Shown one piece after another: positions 26,895 through 36,229 of a DNA stretch of 56,392 nt. The number at the start of each line of letters is the position of its first letter. The first letter of the stretch is position 1. The translations under genes were made by a program, and so were the position numbers. Source of the stretch: Rubricoccaceae bacterium (GTDB lineage Bacteria; Actinomycetota; Actinomycetes; S36-B12); the NCBI GenBank assembly GCA_040381195.1, contig JBEIHR010000001.1, positions 1 to 56,392 on the forward strand, in the 5' to 3' direction. The notes beneath the pieces are model-generated. The model was not told where the DNA came from, did not search any database, and was given only the letters and a program-made list of their open reading frames with translations.

Positions 26895-27251
26895 ATGGGT
26901 CTGACACCGGACGACGTCCATGCCGTTCGATTCCGCACCAGCCGACTGCGTCCCGGTTACCGCATGAAGGAGGTCGACGACTTCCTCGATCAGGTCGCCG
27001 CGACGATCGCACAGCTGCAGGAGCAGGTGCAGCGATCGGACGACGCCATCGGAGTGTGGCGGGCGCAGGCGGAGCAGTTGCAGATTCGACTCGACGCCCG
27101 CGAGGCGGAGACGGCGACCCGGGGCCACGACACCATTCCCATTCCACGCGGTGCTGTGGCCGAGATCGAAGCTATGCGCGAGCAGTTGCGCACCATCCTG
27201 CGCGAGCAATTGCGATTACTCGACGACGGTCCGTCAGCCGCGGCGCAGTGA
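26895..27251 (+). CDS. divIVA: DivIVA domain-containing protein (short, at the wag31 locus)
   Basis: 118 aa. N-terminal DivIVA lipid-binding-domain pattern LTPDDVHAVRFRTSRLRPGYRMKEVDDFLDQV, then a short coiled coil. The 3' end overlaps the convergent ileS by 18 nt. Confidence 0.8.
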   Translation: MGLTPDDVHAVRFRTSRLRPGYRMKEVDDFLDQVAATIAQLQEQVQRSDDAIGVWRAQAEQLQIRLDAREAETATRGHDTIPIPRGAVAEIEAMREQLRTILREQLRLLDDGPSAAAQ

Positions 27252-30200
27252 GAGCGATACCGGCAACTCTGTCTCGATTCCCAGGGCCCCCTCGGGTGGG
27301 GCACCGTCGGTGACGGCGACCGCGAGCACCTCTGCCGCGATTTCATCGCCGTGCCGAGCACATGCCTCGCGGAGATCCGCGTCCACTGACGACCACCACA
27401 GGTGGATGCGATCCGTGATGTCAAGACCGGCGTTCTTGCGCCCCTCCTGAATGACGCGCACCAATTCGCGTGCGAGGCCTGCGCGCCGCAGGTCGTCGGA
27501 GATCGCGAGATCGAGTGCGACGCTCTCACCGGCATCCGATGCAACGGACCAGCCTTCCCGTGGCGTCTCGGTCACCACCACATCGTCCGTTGTCACGTGC
27601 ACGTCACCGAGTCCCGGGACCTCGACGGTGGCGGCTCCCGAGGCGCGGAGAGTTCGGACGAGATCGTGGGCATCCGACTGGGCGATCGCGGCTGCGACGG
27701 TCGGGGTTTCTGCAGCGAATCGCTGACCGAGGGAGCGGAAGTTCGCCTTCACCTGGACGTCCACGAGGTCACCCGAATCGTCGAGTGAGTCGACGTTGAC
27801 GACATTGAGTTCCGAGGCCACCTCCGCGCGCAGATCCGTGGGAAGTGTCGACCACTCGGCGGAGGAGACCAGGGCACGTGCCAGGGGTTGGCGGGTCTTG
27901 ACGCCGCTCTCTGCGCGTGCGGCACGCCCCAATTCGACGATACGTCGGACCGTGCGCATATGGGCGGTGAGTGTGGGGTCGAGGCGATCGTCACGGCGTG
28001 CAGGCCACGAGGCGAGATGCACGGAGCGCGGTGCACCCGGCTCCGCATCACGGAAAAGGTCCTGCCACACCCGTTCGGTGATGAACGGCGTGAACGGTGC
28101 CATGCACAGTGTCACGGTGCGCAGCGCTTCATGCAGCGTCGCCAACGCAGCCGGATCACCGTCCCAGAACCGACGCCGACTCCGACGCACGTACCAGTTC
28201 GATAGGTCGTCGACGAATGCGGCGAGTAGCCGGCCGCCCCGCGCGGTATCGAAGTTCTCCAACGCTTCGTCGACTTCGCGACCCACGCGCTCGGATTCGG
28301 CCAGCACCCACCGATCCATGACGGTGCGCTCGGAGTCGGGGGGAGGTGGACCAGCCGGATCCCAATCAGCGGCGCGGGCGTAGAGAGAGAGGAAGGAGAC
28401 GGTGTTCCAGTAGGTGAGCAACGTCTTTCGAACCACGTCGGCGATCGCGGCATGACCGACGCGACGGGCCTGCCAGGGTGAACCGCTGGCCAGCATGAAC
28501 CATCGGACTGCGTCGGCACCGTGCTCGTCCATGAGGCCGATCGGCTCGAGGACGTTTCCCAGGTGTTTGCTCATCTTGCGGCCGTCCTCATCGAGGATGT
28601 GCCCGAGGCAGACCACGTTCTTGTAGGACGAGCGCCCGAAAACCAGGGTGCCGATCGCCATCAGCGTGTAGAACCAGCCACGCGTCTGGTCGATGGCCTC
28701 GCAGATGAAGTCCGCCGGGTACTGACCCTGGAAATCGACGGCGTCGCGGTGCGGGTAGCCGACAGCCGCGAAGGGCATCGAACCGGAGTCGTACCAACAG
28801 TCGATGACCTCGGGAACCCGCCGAGCCTCCCCGTCGCACTCGGGGCACGTGATGACGACGTCGTCGACGAAGGGGCGGTGGGGATCGAGGTCTGCGAGGT
28901 CGCGACCCGCGAGTCGGCCCAACTCAGCGCGGGATCCGACCGGCGTGAGGTGGCCCTGTTCGCACCGCCAGATGGGCAACGGCGTGCCCCAATAGCGGTT
29001 GCGGGACAGTGCCCAGTCGACGTTGTTGGTCAGCCAATCGCCGTAGCGACCGTTCTTGATTGTTTCGGGGTACCAGTGGGTCTGGGCATTCTGTTCGAGG
29101 AGTGCATCCTTGATCTGTGTCGTCTTGATGTACCAGGAGGGCTGGGCGTAATACATGAGCGGTGGGTGGCAACGCCAGCAGTGCGGGTAGCTGTGTTCGT
29201 AGGGTTCACGGCGCCATAGCAGTCCGCGGGTGGTGAGGGAGTCGACGAGGGTGTCGTCGGCCTTCTTGAAGAATGCCCCGCCGACCATCGCCACGTCCGG
29301 GGTGAAGTGTCCGTCCGGGGTGATCGGGTTGACCACGGGCAACCCGTACGCGCGGCACGTCGCGAGGTCATCGGCGCCGAAGGCCGGTGCTTGATGGACT
29401 AGTCCAGTTCCGTCATCGGTCGTCACGTAGTCGGCGAGGACCACAAAGTGCGCCTCGGGGATCTCGACCATGTCGAATGGGCGTCGGTAGGTCAGGCGCT
29501 CGAGGTCGCGTCCCGGGATAGTGCTGAGGATCTCGGCGTCAGGTCCCACGGCCACAGCCACGAGTTCCTCCGCAACGAGGAGGTGCTCCCCGCCCGAGCG
29601 CACCACGGCATAGGTGGCATCGGGTTTCGCAGCCACGGCGGTGTTCGACACGAGCGTCCACGGCGTCGTGGTCCAGACGAGCAGCGAGAGATCCGGATAG
29701 CGATCCGTCCACCCTGGCTCGGTGACGGGGAACTTCACGTAGACGGAGGGATCGACAACGGTCTCGTAGCCCTGGGCGAGTTCGTGGTCGGAGAGCCCGG
29801 TTCCGCATCGCGGGCAGTACGGGGCGACGCGGTGATCCTGGACGAGCAGACCCGCGCGGAAGATCTCCGCGAGCGACCACCACACGCTCTCGATGTACTC
29901 CGGGTCCATCGTCCAATAGGCGCGATCCATATCGACCCAGTAGCCCATGCGCCGAGTCATCTGCGCGAATTCGTCGACGTGACGGAGCACCGACTCGCGG
30001 CACCGCGCATTGAATTCCTCGACCCCGTAGGCCTCGATGTCGCCCTTCCCGGTGAAGCCCAACTCGCGCTCCACGGCCAACTCCACGGGAAGCCCGTGAC
30101 AGTCCCACCCCGCGCGCCGCGGGACGTGATAGCCCTTCATCGTCCGATAGCGGGGGAAGATGTCCTTGAAGGCGCGGGCCTCCACGTGATGGGTGCCCGG

Positions 30201-30359
30201 AGTCCCATTGGCGGTGGGCGGGCCCTCATAGAAGGTCCACAGCGGCCGATCCGCGGTCTGCGCGACGGACTCCGCGAAGGTCCCTTCCCGGTCCCACATG
30301 TCGAGAATGTCGCGTTCCATCGCCGGCAGATCGATCTGCGCAGGCACGGACCTGTACAT
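27234..30359 (-). CDS. ileS: Isoleucine--tRNA ligase (type 2 IleRS)
   Basis: Real part of track ORF 27234..30962. Start ATG 30359 (MYRSVPAQIDLPAMERDILDMW). The HIGH region reads PPTANGTPGTHH. KMSKHLGN present. 1041 aa. Confidence 0.95.
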   Translation of the reverse strand: MYRSVPAQIDLPAMERDILDMWDREGTFAESVAQTADRPLWTFYEGPPTANGTPGTHHVEARAFKDIFPRYRTMKGYHVPRRAGWDCHGLPVELAVERELGFTGKGDIEAYGVEEFNARCRESVLRHVDEFAQMTRRMGYWVDMDRAYWTMDPEYIESVWWSLAEIFRAGLLVQDHRVAPYCPRCGTGLSDHELAQGYETVVDPSVYVKFPVTEPGWTDRYPDLSLLVWTTTPWTLVSNTAVAAKPDATYAVVRSGGEHLLVAEELVAVAVGPDAEILSTIPGRDLERLTYRRPFDMVEIPEAHFVVLADYVTTDDGTGLVHQAPAFGADDLATCRAYGLPVVNPITPDGHFTPDVAMVGGAFFKKADDTLVDSLTTRGLLWRREPYEHSYPHCWRCHPPLMYYAQPSWYIKTTQIKDALLEQNAQTHWYPETIKNGRYGDWLTNNVDWALSRNRYWGTPLPIWRCEQGHLTPVGSRAELGRLAGRDLADLDPHRPFVDDVVITCPECDGEARRVPEVIDCWYDSGSMPFAAVGYPHRDAVDFQGQYPADFICEAIDQTRGWFYTLMAIGTLVFGRSSYKNVVCLGHILDEDGRKMSKHLGNVLEPIGLMDEHGADAVRWFMLASGSPWQARRVGHAAIADVVRKTLLTYWNTVSFLSLYARAADWDPAGPPPPDSERTVMDRWVLAESERVGREVDEALENFDTARGGRLLAAFVDDLSNWYVRRSRRRFWDGDPAALATLHEALRTVTLCMAPFTPFITERVWQDLFRDAEPGAPRSVHLASWPARRDDRLDPTLTAHMRTVRRIVELGRAARAESGVKTRQPLARALVSSAEWSTLPTDLRAEVASELNVVNVDSLDDSGDLVDVQVKANFRSLGQRFAAETPTVAAAIAQSDAHDLVRTLRASGAATVEVPGLGDVHVTTDDVVVTETPREGWSVASDAGESVALDLAISDDLRRAGLARELVRVIQEGRKNAGLDITDRIHLWWSSVDADLREACARHGDEIAAEVLAVAVTDGAPPEGALGIETELPVSLSLRRG

Positions 30360-30488
30360 CTCATCCTCCGGGCGGTGGGCGGTGCTGCAGGATATCCGTG
30401 TCCCTAGCGATCTCGGCGGGGGAAGTGCGCGGGGTTGCCGAAGGCGTCTAGCATCGCGCGCACCGCGAGTCCGTAGGGAGGGGGAGGT

Positions 30489-31148
30489 ATGCCAGCCGCG
30501 AAGAAGCCTGCCCCGGCGAAGAAGGCGGCTCCGGCCAAGAAGGGCGCCCCGGTGAAGAAGGCGGCTCCAGCGAAGAAGCCTGCCCCGGCGAAGAAGGCGG
30601 CCCCTGCCAAGAAGGCCGCTCCGGTGAAGAAGGCGGCCCCTGCCAAGAAGGCCGCTCCGGTGAAGAAGGCGGCCCCTGCGAAGAAGGCCGCTCCGGCGAA
30701 GAAGGCGGCCCCTGCGAAGAAGGCCGCTCGCGTCACCAAGGTTCTGACGAAGAAGAAGCGACCTGTCGTGCGGGAGGACGAGAGCCCCTGGAGTAAGGAG
30801 GAGCTGGCCACGGTGCGCAGCGCTCTTCAGTCCGAGCGCGTTCGACTCCTCGAGGAGATCGACAACGCCGAGGCGGGGCTGGCCGATCTGATCCGCGACT
30901 CGGGCGAGGGAGCCGGTGACGATCAGGCCGATGCGGGGAGCAAGACATTCGAGCGGGAACACGAGATGTCACTGGCGAACAACGCGCGGGACATGCTGCT
31001 GCAGGTGGACCACGCTCTCGGCCGGCTCGCGGACGGTTCCTACGGAGTGTGCGAAGGCTGCGGTCGCGCGGTGGGCAAGTACCGACTTCAAGCTTTCCCG
31101 CGCGCCACCCTCTGCCTCAGCTGCAAGGAGGCGGAGGAGCGCTTCTGA
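30489..31148 (+). CDS. TraR/DksA family C4 zinc-finger protein with an N-terminal Lys/Ala/Pro-rich (AKKAAP)x13 tail
   Basis: ATG 30489 is preceded by GGGAGGGGGAGG. Residues 4-81 are hexapeptide repeats. The C-terminal half has a coiled coil with an acidic tip (GDDQADAG) and CEGC-x17-CLSC. Confidence 0.8.
   Translation: MPAAKKPAPAKKAAPAKKGAPVKKAAPAKKPAPAKKAAPAKKAAPVKKAAPAKKAAPVKKAAPAKKAAPAKKAAPAKKAARVTKVLTKKKRPVVREDESPWSKEELATVRSALQSERVRLLEEIDNAEAGLADLIRDSGEGAGDDQADAGSKTFEREHEMSLANNARDMLLQVDHALGRLADGSYGVCEGCGRAVGKYRLQAFPRATLCLSCKEAEERF
30498..30731. repeat. 13 tandem copies of an 18-bp unit (gcgaagaaggcggccccg-like) encoding (A/V)KK(A/P/G)AP
   Basis: Read directly from the sequence. Units differ at only a few positions, and all six frames stay open across the array. 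Confidence 0.9.
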
Positions 31149-31185
31149 GACGGGACTCGGAGTCGGGGGCACGTAGAGTCGAGGC

Positions 31186-31710
31186 GTGAGCGAGGTGAGC
31201 GTCCCCACCAGGCGCACGGTCGGACTCGTCTTCGCCGTCGCTTTCGGGGTGATCGTCCTTGACCAACTCACCAAGTTCTGGGCGCAGCAGGTGCTCCTCC
31301 CGCGGATCCTGGCGGGGGAAGGGCCCATCGAGGTGATCGGCTCGCTTCTCCGCTTCACCTACGCGGAGAACACCGGCGCGGCGTTCAGCCTCGGAACGGG
31401 CTACACCTGGGTCTTCACCCTCATCGCATGCGTCGTCGTGGTCGTGATCGTCCGGGTCTCACGTCGGCTCGGAAGCGTCGCCTGGGCAATCGCGCTCGGC
31501 GGGTTGCTCGGTGGCGCTGTCGGGAATCTCATCGACCGACTCTTCCGAGCGCCCGGTATCGGGCGTGGATTCGTGGTGGACTTCATTCAGGTGCCCTACT
31601 GGCCCATCTTCAACATCGCCGATTCCTTCGTGGTGTGCTCCGCGATCGCGATGGTGATCCTGTCGTGGCGTGGGGTGCCACTGGGCGGTCGAGCGGGGTC
31701 TGGTGGCTGA
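31186..31710 (+). CDS. lspA: Lipoprotein signal peptidase II
   Basis: 174 aa with four TM segments. [42 protein letters not shown]. Confidence 0.93.
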   Translation: MSEVSVPTRRTVGLVFAVAFGVIVLDQLTKFWAQQVLLPRILAGEGPIEVIGSLLRFTYAENTGAAFSLGTGYTWVFTLIACVVVVVIVRVSRRLGSVAWAIALGGLLGGAVGNLIDRLFRAPGIGRGFVVDFIQVPYWPIFNIADSFVVCSAIAMVILSWRGVPLGGRAGSGG

Positions 31711-32629
31711 GCGCGAACTTCCCATCCCGGAAGGGCTGGTGGGCGAGCGCATGGATGTTGCGCTGACTCGCATGCTCGGCCTCACGCGCACGAAGGCGGC
31801 CGCGCTGGTGGATTCGGGGGCGGTCACGGTCGATGGAATCCGGGTCAGCAAATCCGATCGACTGCCGGAGGGCGGTGTCATCGGGGTGGACACGCCCGAG
31901 GTCTCGCGCGCGCCCGAACCGATCGCTGACCTCCGGGTCGTGTACGACGACGATGACGTCATCGTCGTGGACAAGCCCGTCGGGGTGGCTGCGCATCCCA
32001 GCCCGGGGTGGACCGGTCCCAGTGTGATCGGCAGCCTCGCCGCAGCGGGGTTTTCGGTCAGTGGCCTCGGGCCCGCCGAGCGTCAGGGTGTCGTGCACCG
32101 CCTCGACGTGGGAACCAGTGGACTGATGGTGGTGGCGAAGAGTTCCCGGGCCTACACCGATCTCAAGCGCCAGTTCCGGGAGCGGACGGTGGATAAGGAG
32201 TACCACGCCGTTGTGCAGGGACACCTGGATCCGCTCGCGGGCACGATCGACGCTCCGATCGGGCGTCACCCGCAGTCGGACTACCGCTTCGCGGTGGTGT
32301 CGGATGGGAAACCGAGCATCACCCACTACGCCACGCTCGAGGCATTCCCCCATGCCAGCCTGGTCGACGTGCGCCTGGAAACCGGGCGCACCCACCAAAT
32401 CCGAGTGCACATGTCCGCTATGCGTCACCCCTGTGTCGGAGACCTCACCTACGGAGCCGATCCGACACTGGCGAGACGCCTGGGACTGACGAGACAGTGG
32501 CTGCACGCGACCCGCCTCGCCTTCGATCACCCGGGAACGGGAGAGCGCGTCGAATTCCACAGTGCATACCCATCGGATCTCGCGATCGCCGTGGAGCGTC
32601 TCCGGGTGGGGGCTCCGAACCCGACATAG
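31703..32629 (+). CDS. rluD: RluA-family 23S rRNA pseudouridine synthase (RluD-like)
   Basis: In-frame part of track ORF 31670..32629. GTG 31703 overlaps the 3' end of lspA. S4 domain ([23 protein letters not shown]) and catalytic [16 protein letters not shown]. Confidence 0.88.
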   Translation: MAERELPIPEGLVGERMDVALTRMLGLTRTKAAALVDSGAVTVDGIRVSKSDRLPEGGVIGVDTPEVSRAPEPIADLRVVYDDDDVIVVDKPVGVAAHPSPGWTGPSVIGSLAAAGFSVSGLGPAERQGVVHRLDVGTSGLMVVAKSSRAYTDLKRQFRERTVDKEYHAVVQGHLDPLAGTIDAPIGRHPQSDYRFAVVSDGKPSITHYATLEAFPHASLVDVRLETGRTHQIRVHMSAMRHPCVGDLTYGADPTLARRLGLTRQWLHATRLAFDHPGTGERVEFHSAYPSDLAIAVERLRVGAPNPT

Positions 32630-32676
32630 AGTTGGGCAATGCCCTCGCGCCCCGATCACCACCGCGAGGCGATCCT

Positions 32677-35600
32677 GTGAGTACGACCGACGGGGACTTC
32701 GTCCATCTTCACGTCCACACCGAGTATTCGATGCTCGACGGGGCTGCGCGACTTCCGGATCTGATGCAGCAGGTAGCGGACATGGGGATGCCTGCGGTCG
32801 CGATGACCGATCACGGCAACCTCTTCGGTGCGTACGACTTCTACAAGGCCGCGCACGCCGCCGGGGTGAAGCCGATCATCGGACTCGAGGGCTATTACGC
32901 ACCGCAGGGACGATTCGAGCGTCGACCCTTCGATTTCGGCGGCGGTTTCGACGAGGGCACACCCGAGGACCCGGGGGCCGGTCGCGGGAAGTTCAGCTAC
33001 ACCCATATGACGCTGTGGGCCGAGTCCACGGAGGGCATGCACAACCTCTTCCGACTGTCCTCCCTGGCGAGCCTGGAAGGGCAGTACCACAAGCCGCGGT
33101 TCGACCGCGACCTGATGGAGCGCTACGCCGGGGGACTGATCGGCACGACGGGGTGTCCGAGCGGGGAAGTGAATCGGTGGCTCCAGGCCGGTGAGTTCGA
33201 CAAGGCTCGCGCTGCCGCAGCGGACATGCGCGACATCCTGGGCTCGGGTAACTACTTCTGCGAGTTGATGGATCACGGACTCGGCATCGAGCGCAGGTTC
33301 CGTGAGGACCTGCTGCGTATCGCGCGCGATCTCGACCTCCCGCTCGTCGCCACCAACGACGTCCACTACGTCCGCGCGGGCGACGCGGATACCCACGACG
33401 TCCTCCTATGCATCGGAACGCGGACCACCATGGATGACCCCCGCAGGTTCCGCTTCGATGCGCGCGACTTCTATGTCAAGACCGCTGGAGAGATGCGCGA
33501 CGTCTGGCGGGAAGTGCCGGAAGCCTGTGACTCGACGCTGCTCATCGCAGAACGCTGCGACGTGTCCTTCGCGGAAGGAGCCAACCTTCTCCCGCGCTTC
33601 CCGGTTCCGGCGGGTGAGTCCGAGGACTCCTGGCTCGTGGCCGAGGTGCAGCGCGGATTGGTCCGCCGGTACGGAAACCCCGTTCCCGATCACGTCCAGA
33701 AGCAGGCGAACTACGAGGTCGGTGTCGTCGCCCAGATGGGCTTCCCGGGCTACTTCCTCGTGGTCGCCGACCTCGTGCGCTACGCGAAGGAGAACGGCAT
33801 ACGCGTCGGGCCCGGGCGTGGTTCGGCTGCGGGCGCGATGATCGCCTACGCGCTCGGCATCACGGACCTCGACCCGATCACCCATGGGTTGCTCTTCGAA
33901 AGGTTCCTGAATCCGGAGCGCATCTCGATGCCGGACATCGATATCGACTTCGACGAGCGTCGACGCGGGGACATGATCCGCTACGCGACCGAGAAGTACG
34001 GTGAGGAGCGGGTCGCGCAGATCGTCACCTACGGGTCCATCAAGGCCAAGGCCGCGATCAAAGACAGTGCCCGTGTGCTGGGCAAGCCGTACGCACTCGG
34101 GGACAAGATCACCAAGTCGATGCCGCCGTCGGTCATGGGCAAGGACATCTCTCTCGCGGGCGTCTTCGACCCCACCGATGGGCGCTACGGCGAGGCCGCG
34201 GAGTTCCGGGCGCTCTACGAATCCGACTCCGACGCTCGCGCGGTCATCGATACTGCCCGCGGGTTGGAGGGGCTCAAGCGTCAACCCGGGGTGCATGCAG
34301 CTGGCGTCATCCTCTGCCGCGAACCCCTCCTCGACGTCATCCCGGTCTGGCGGCGTGAGCAAGACGGCGCAGTCATCACGCAGTTCGACATGGGTGCCTG
34401 CGAGGCCCTGGGACTTCTGAAGATGGACTTCCTCGGGCTGCGCAACCTGACGGTGCTCGACGATTGCCTCCGACATATAGAAGCGTCGGGTGTTTCCCTC
34501 GTCCTGGAGGACATGACCCTCGACGACGCCGCGACGTACGCCCTCCTGGCCCGTGGTGACACCCTGGGTGTCTTCCAACTCGACGGTGGACCCATGCGGT
34601 CACTGCTGCGATCGATGCAACCCGACTCCTTCGAAGACATCTCTGCGGTTTTGGCTCTCTACCGGCCGGGGCCGATGGGAGCGAATGCCCACAACGAATA
34701 CGCCGACCGGAAGAACGGGCGCAAACCCGTCGTTCCGATCCACCCGGAACTGGAGGAACCGCTCGCGGAAATCCTGGGGGACACCTACGGCTTGATCGTC
34801 TACCAGGAGCAGGTCATGGCGATCGCTCAGAAGGTCGCCGGTTACTCACTCGGCAAGGCGGACCTCCTCCGGCGCGCGATGGGGAAGAAGAAGAAGGAGA
34901 TTCTGAAGAAGGAGTTCGTGCCCTTCCGTGATGGCATGCGCGAGCGCGGGTACTCCGAGCCAGCGATCGAAACCCTGTGGGAAATCCTCGTTCCGTTCTC
35001 GGACTACGCATTCAACAAGGCGCACACCGCGGGATACGGCATGTTGTCGTACTGGACCGCGTATCTGAAGGCCAATCACCCAGCGGAGTACATGGCCGCA
35101 CTGCTCACTTCCGTCAAGGACGACAAGGACAAGTCCGCGGTGTACCTCAACGAGTGCCGTCGGATGGGGATCAAGGTGCTGCCACCCGACGTCAATGACT
35201 CGGATGCCGAGTTCACCCCCTCCGGGAGTGATGTCCGCTTCGGATTATCCGCGGTGCGCAACGTCGGGGCGAATGTCGTCGAATCCATCGTCGCCACGCG
35301 CCGACGTGAAGGACGCTTCCAGGACTTCCGGGATTTCATCGCCAAGGTCGACTCCTCGGTGTGCAACAAGCGCACCGTGGAGTCGTTGATCAAGGCAGGC
35401 GCCTTTGACGCACTCGGCCACACCCGACGTGGCCTTATATCGGTGCATGAGCACGTGATCGACTCCGCGATCGAGATCAAGCGCGCTGAGGCGATCGGCC
35501 AGTTCGACCTCTTCGGTGGTCTCGGTGCGAGTGAACAGAGTGGGGTGGGGGACAGTGTCGAGATCCCACTCGGGGAGTGGGACAAGGCCACATTGCTCGC

Positions 35601-36210
35601 CCATGAGCGGGAGATGCTCGGGCTGTACGTGTCCGATCACCCGCTCAACGGGCTCGAGACCCTGCTCGCCATGTCGACCGAGCGCAGCATCGCCTCCATC
35701 TTGATGGATGAGCGCGCGGACATGATCGTCACGATCGGCGGCTTAGTCACCTCGGTTCAGCGAAAGACCACCAAGAAGGGGTCTGTGTGGGCGATCGTCA
35801 CCCTGGAGGATCTCGAGGGTTCGCTCGACGTCATGGTCTTCCCTCAGACGTACGCGTCCGCGGGCGTGCACCTCGTCGAGGACGCGGTCCTGCTCTGCCG
35901 GGTTCGCATCGACGATGACGACGATGGCCTGCGCACCATCGCGCTGGAAGTCTCACCACTCGACGTCAGCGAGGCCCCCGCGGGTCCGGTCCGTGTGTCC
36001 ATGGCCGCGTCGCGGTGCGTTCCGCCGATGGTGAATCGGCTCAAGGAGGTGCTCGCGGACCATCCTGGAGCCACCGAAGTCCATCTGCTGCTGACCGGGG
36101 GTGCCCGCACGACGGTCCTCCGCCTCGACGATGCACTGCGCGTGACGCCGAGCCCCTCCCTGTTTGCGGATCTCAAGGCGTTGCTCGGCCCGGGATGCCT
36201 GTCCGGATAG
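32677..36210 (+). CDS. dnaE: DNA polymerase III subunit alpha (replicative DnaE1)
   Basis: In-frame part of track ORF 32497..36210. Start GTG 32677. The PHP domain reads FVHLHVHTEYSMLDGA. GRGSAAGAMIAYALGITDLDP, PDIDIDF, AFNKAHTAGYGMLSYWTAYLKANHPAEY. 1177 aa. Confidence 0.95.
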   Translation: MSTTDGDFVHLHVHTEYSMLDGAARLPDLMQQVADMGMPAVAMTDHGNLFGAYDFYKAAHAAGVKPIIGLEGYYAPQGRFERRPFDFGGGFDEGTPEDPGAGRGKFSYTHMTLWAESTEGMHNLFRLSSLASLEGQYHKPRFDRDLMERYAGGLIGTTGCPSGEVNRWLQAGEFDKARAAAADMRDILGSGNYFCELMDHGLGIERRFREDLLRIARDLDLPLVATNDVHYVRAGDADTHDVLLCIGTRTTMDDPRRFRFDARDFYVKTAGEMRDVWREVPEACDSTLLIAERCDVSFAEGANLLPRFPVPAGESEDSWLVAEVQRGLVRRYGNPVPDHVQKQANYEVGVVAQMGFPGYFLVVADLVRYAKENGIRVGPGRGSAAGAMIAYALGITDLDPITHGLLFERFLNPERISMPDIDIDFDERRRGDMIRYATEKYGEERVAQIVTYGSIKAKAAIKDSARVLGKPYALGDKITKSMPPSVMGKDISLAGVFDPTDGRYGEAAEFRALYESDSDARAVIDTARGLEGLKRQPGVHAAGVILCREPLLDVIPVWRREQDGAVITQFDMGACEALGLLKMDFLGLRNLTVLDDCLRHIEASGVSLVLEDMTLDDAATYALLARGDTLGVFQLDGGPMRSLLRSMQPDSFEDISAVLALYRPGPMGANAHNEYADRKNGRKPVVPIHPELEEPLAEILGDTYGLIVYQEQVMAIAQKVAGYSLGKADLLRRAMGKKKKEILKKEFVPFRDGMRERGYSEPAIETLWEILVPFSDYAFNKAHTAGYGMLSYWTAYLKANHPAEYMAALLTSVKDDKDKSAVYLNECRRMGIKVLPPDVNDSDAEFTPSGSDVRFGLSAVRNVGANVVESIVATRRREGRFQDFRDFIAKVDSSVCNKRTVESLIKAGAFDALGHTRRGLISVHEHVIDSAIEIKRAEAIGQFDLFGGLGASEQSGVGDSVEIPLGEWDKATLLAHEREMLGLYVSDHPLNGLETLLAMSTERSIASILMDERADMIVTIGGLVTSVQRKTTKKGSVWAIVTLEDLEGSLDVMVFPQTYASAGVHLVEDAVLLCRVRIDDDDDGLRTIALEVSPLDVSEAPAGPVRVSMAASRCVPPMVNRLKEVLADHPGATEVHLLLTGGARTTVLRLDDALRVTPSPSLFADLKALLGPGCLSG

Positions 36211-36229
36211 GGACGGGCAGAATCGAGGT

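Noticed and set aside
30340-30500. T-box riboswitch upstream of ileS
   Set aside because: On the ileS sense strand I could not find the conserved T-box core (GGGUGGNACCGCG-like) or an AUC specifier followed by a purine in a loop context. The spacer is also only 129 bp. I left it as a low-interest item to test with a covariance model rather than calling it a feature.
30360-30962. N-terminal 201-aa extension of the IleRS track ORF (27234..30962), and the FFAGAAFF ORF at 30404..30811
   Set aside because: Both are antisense readings of the 18-bp tandem array, which is open in all frames. IleRS has a canonical N-terminus at ATG 30359 with its own SD.
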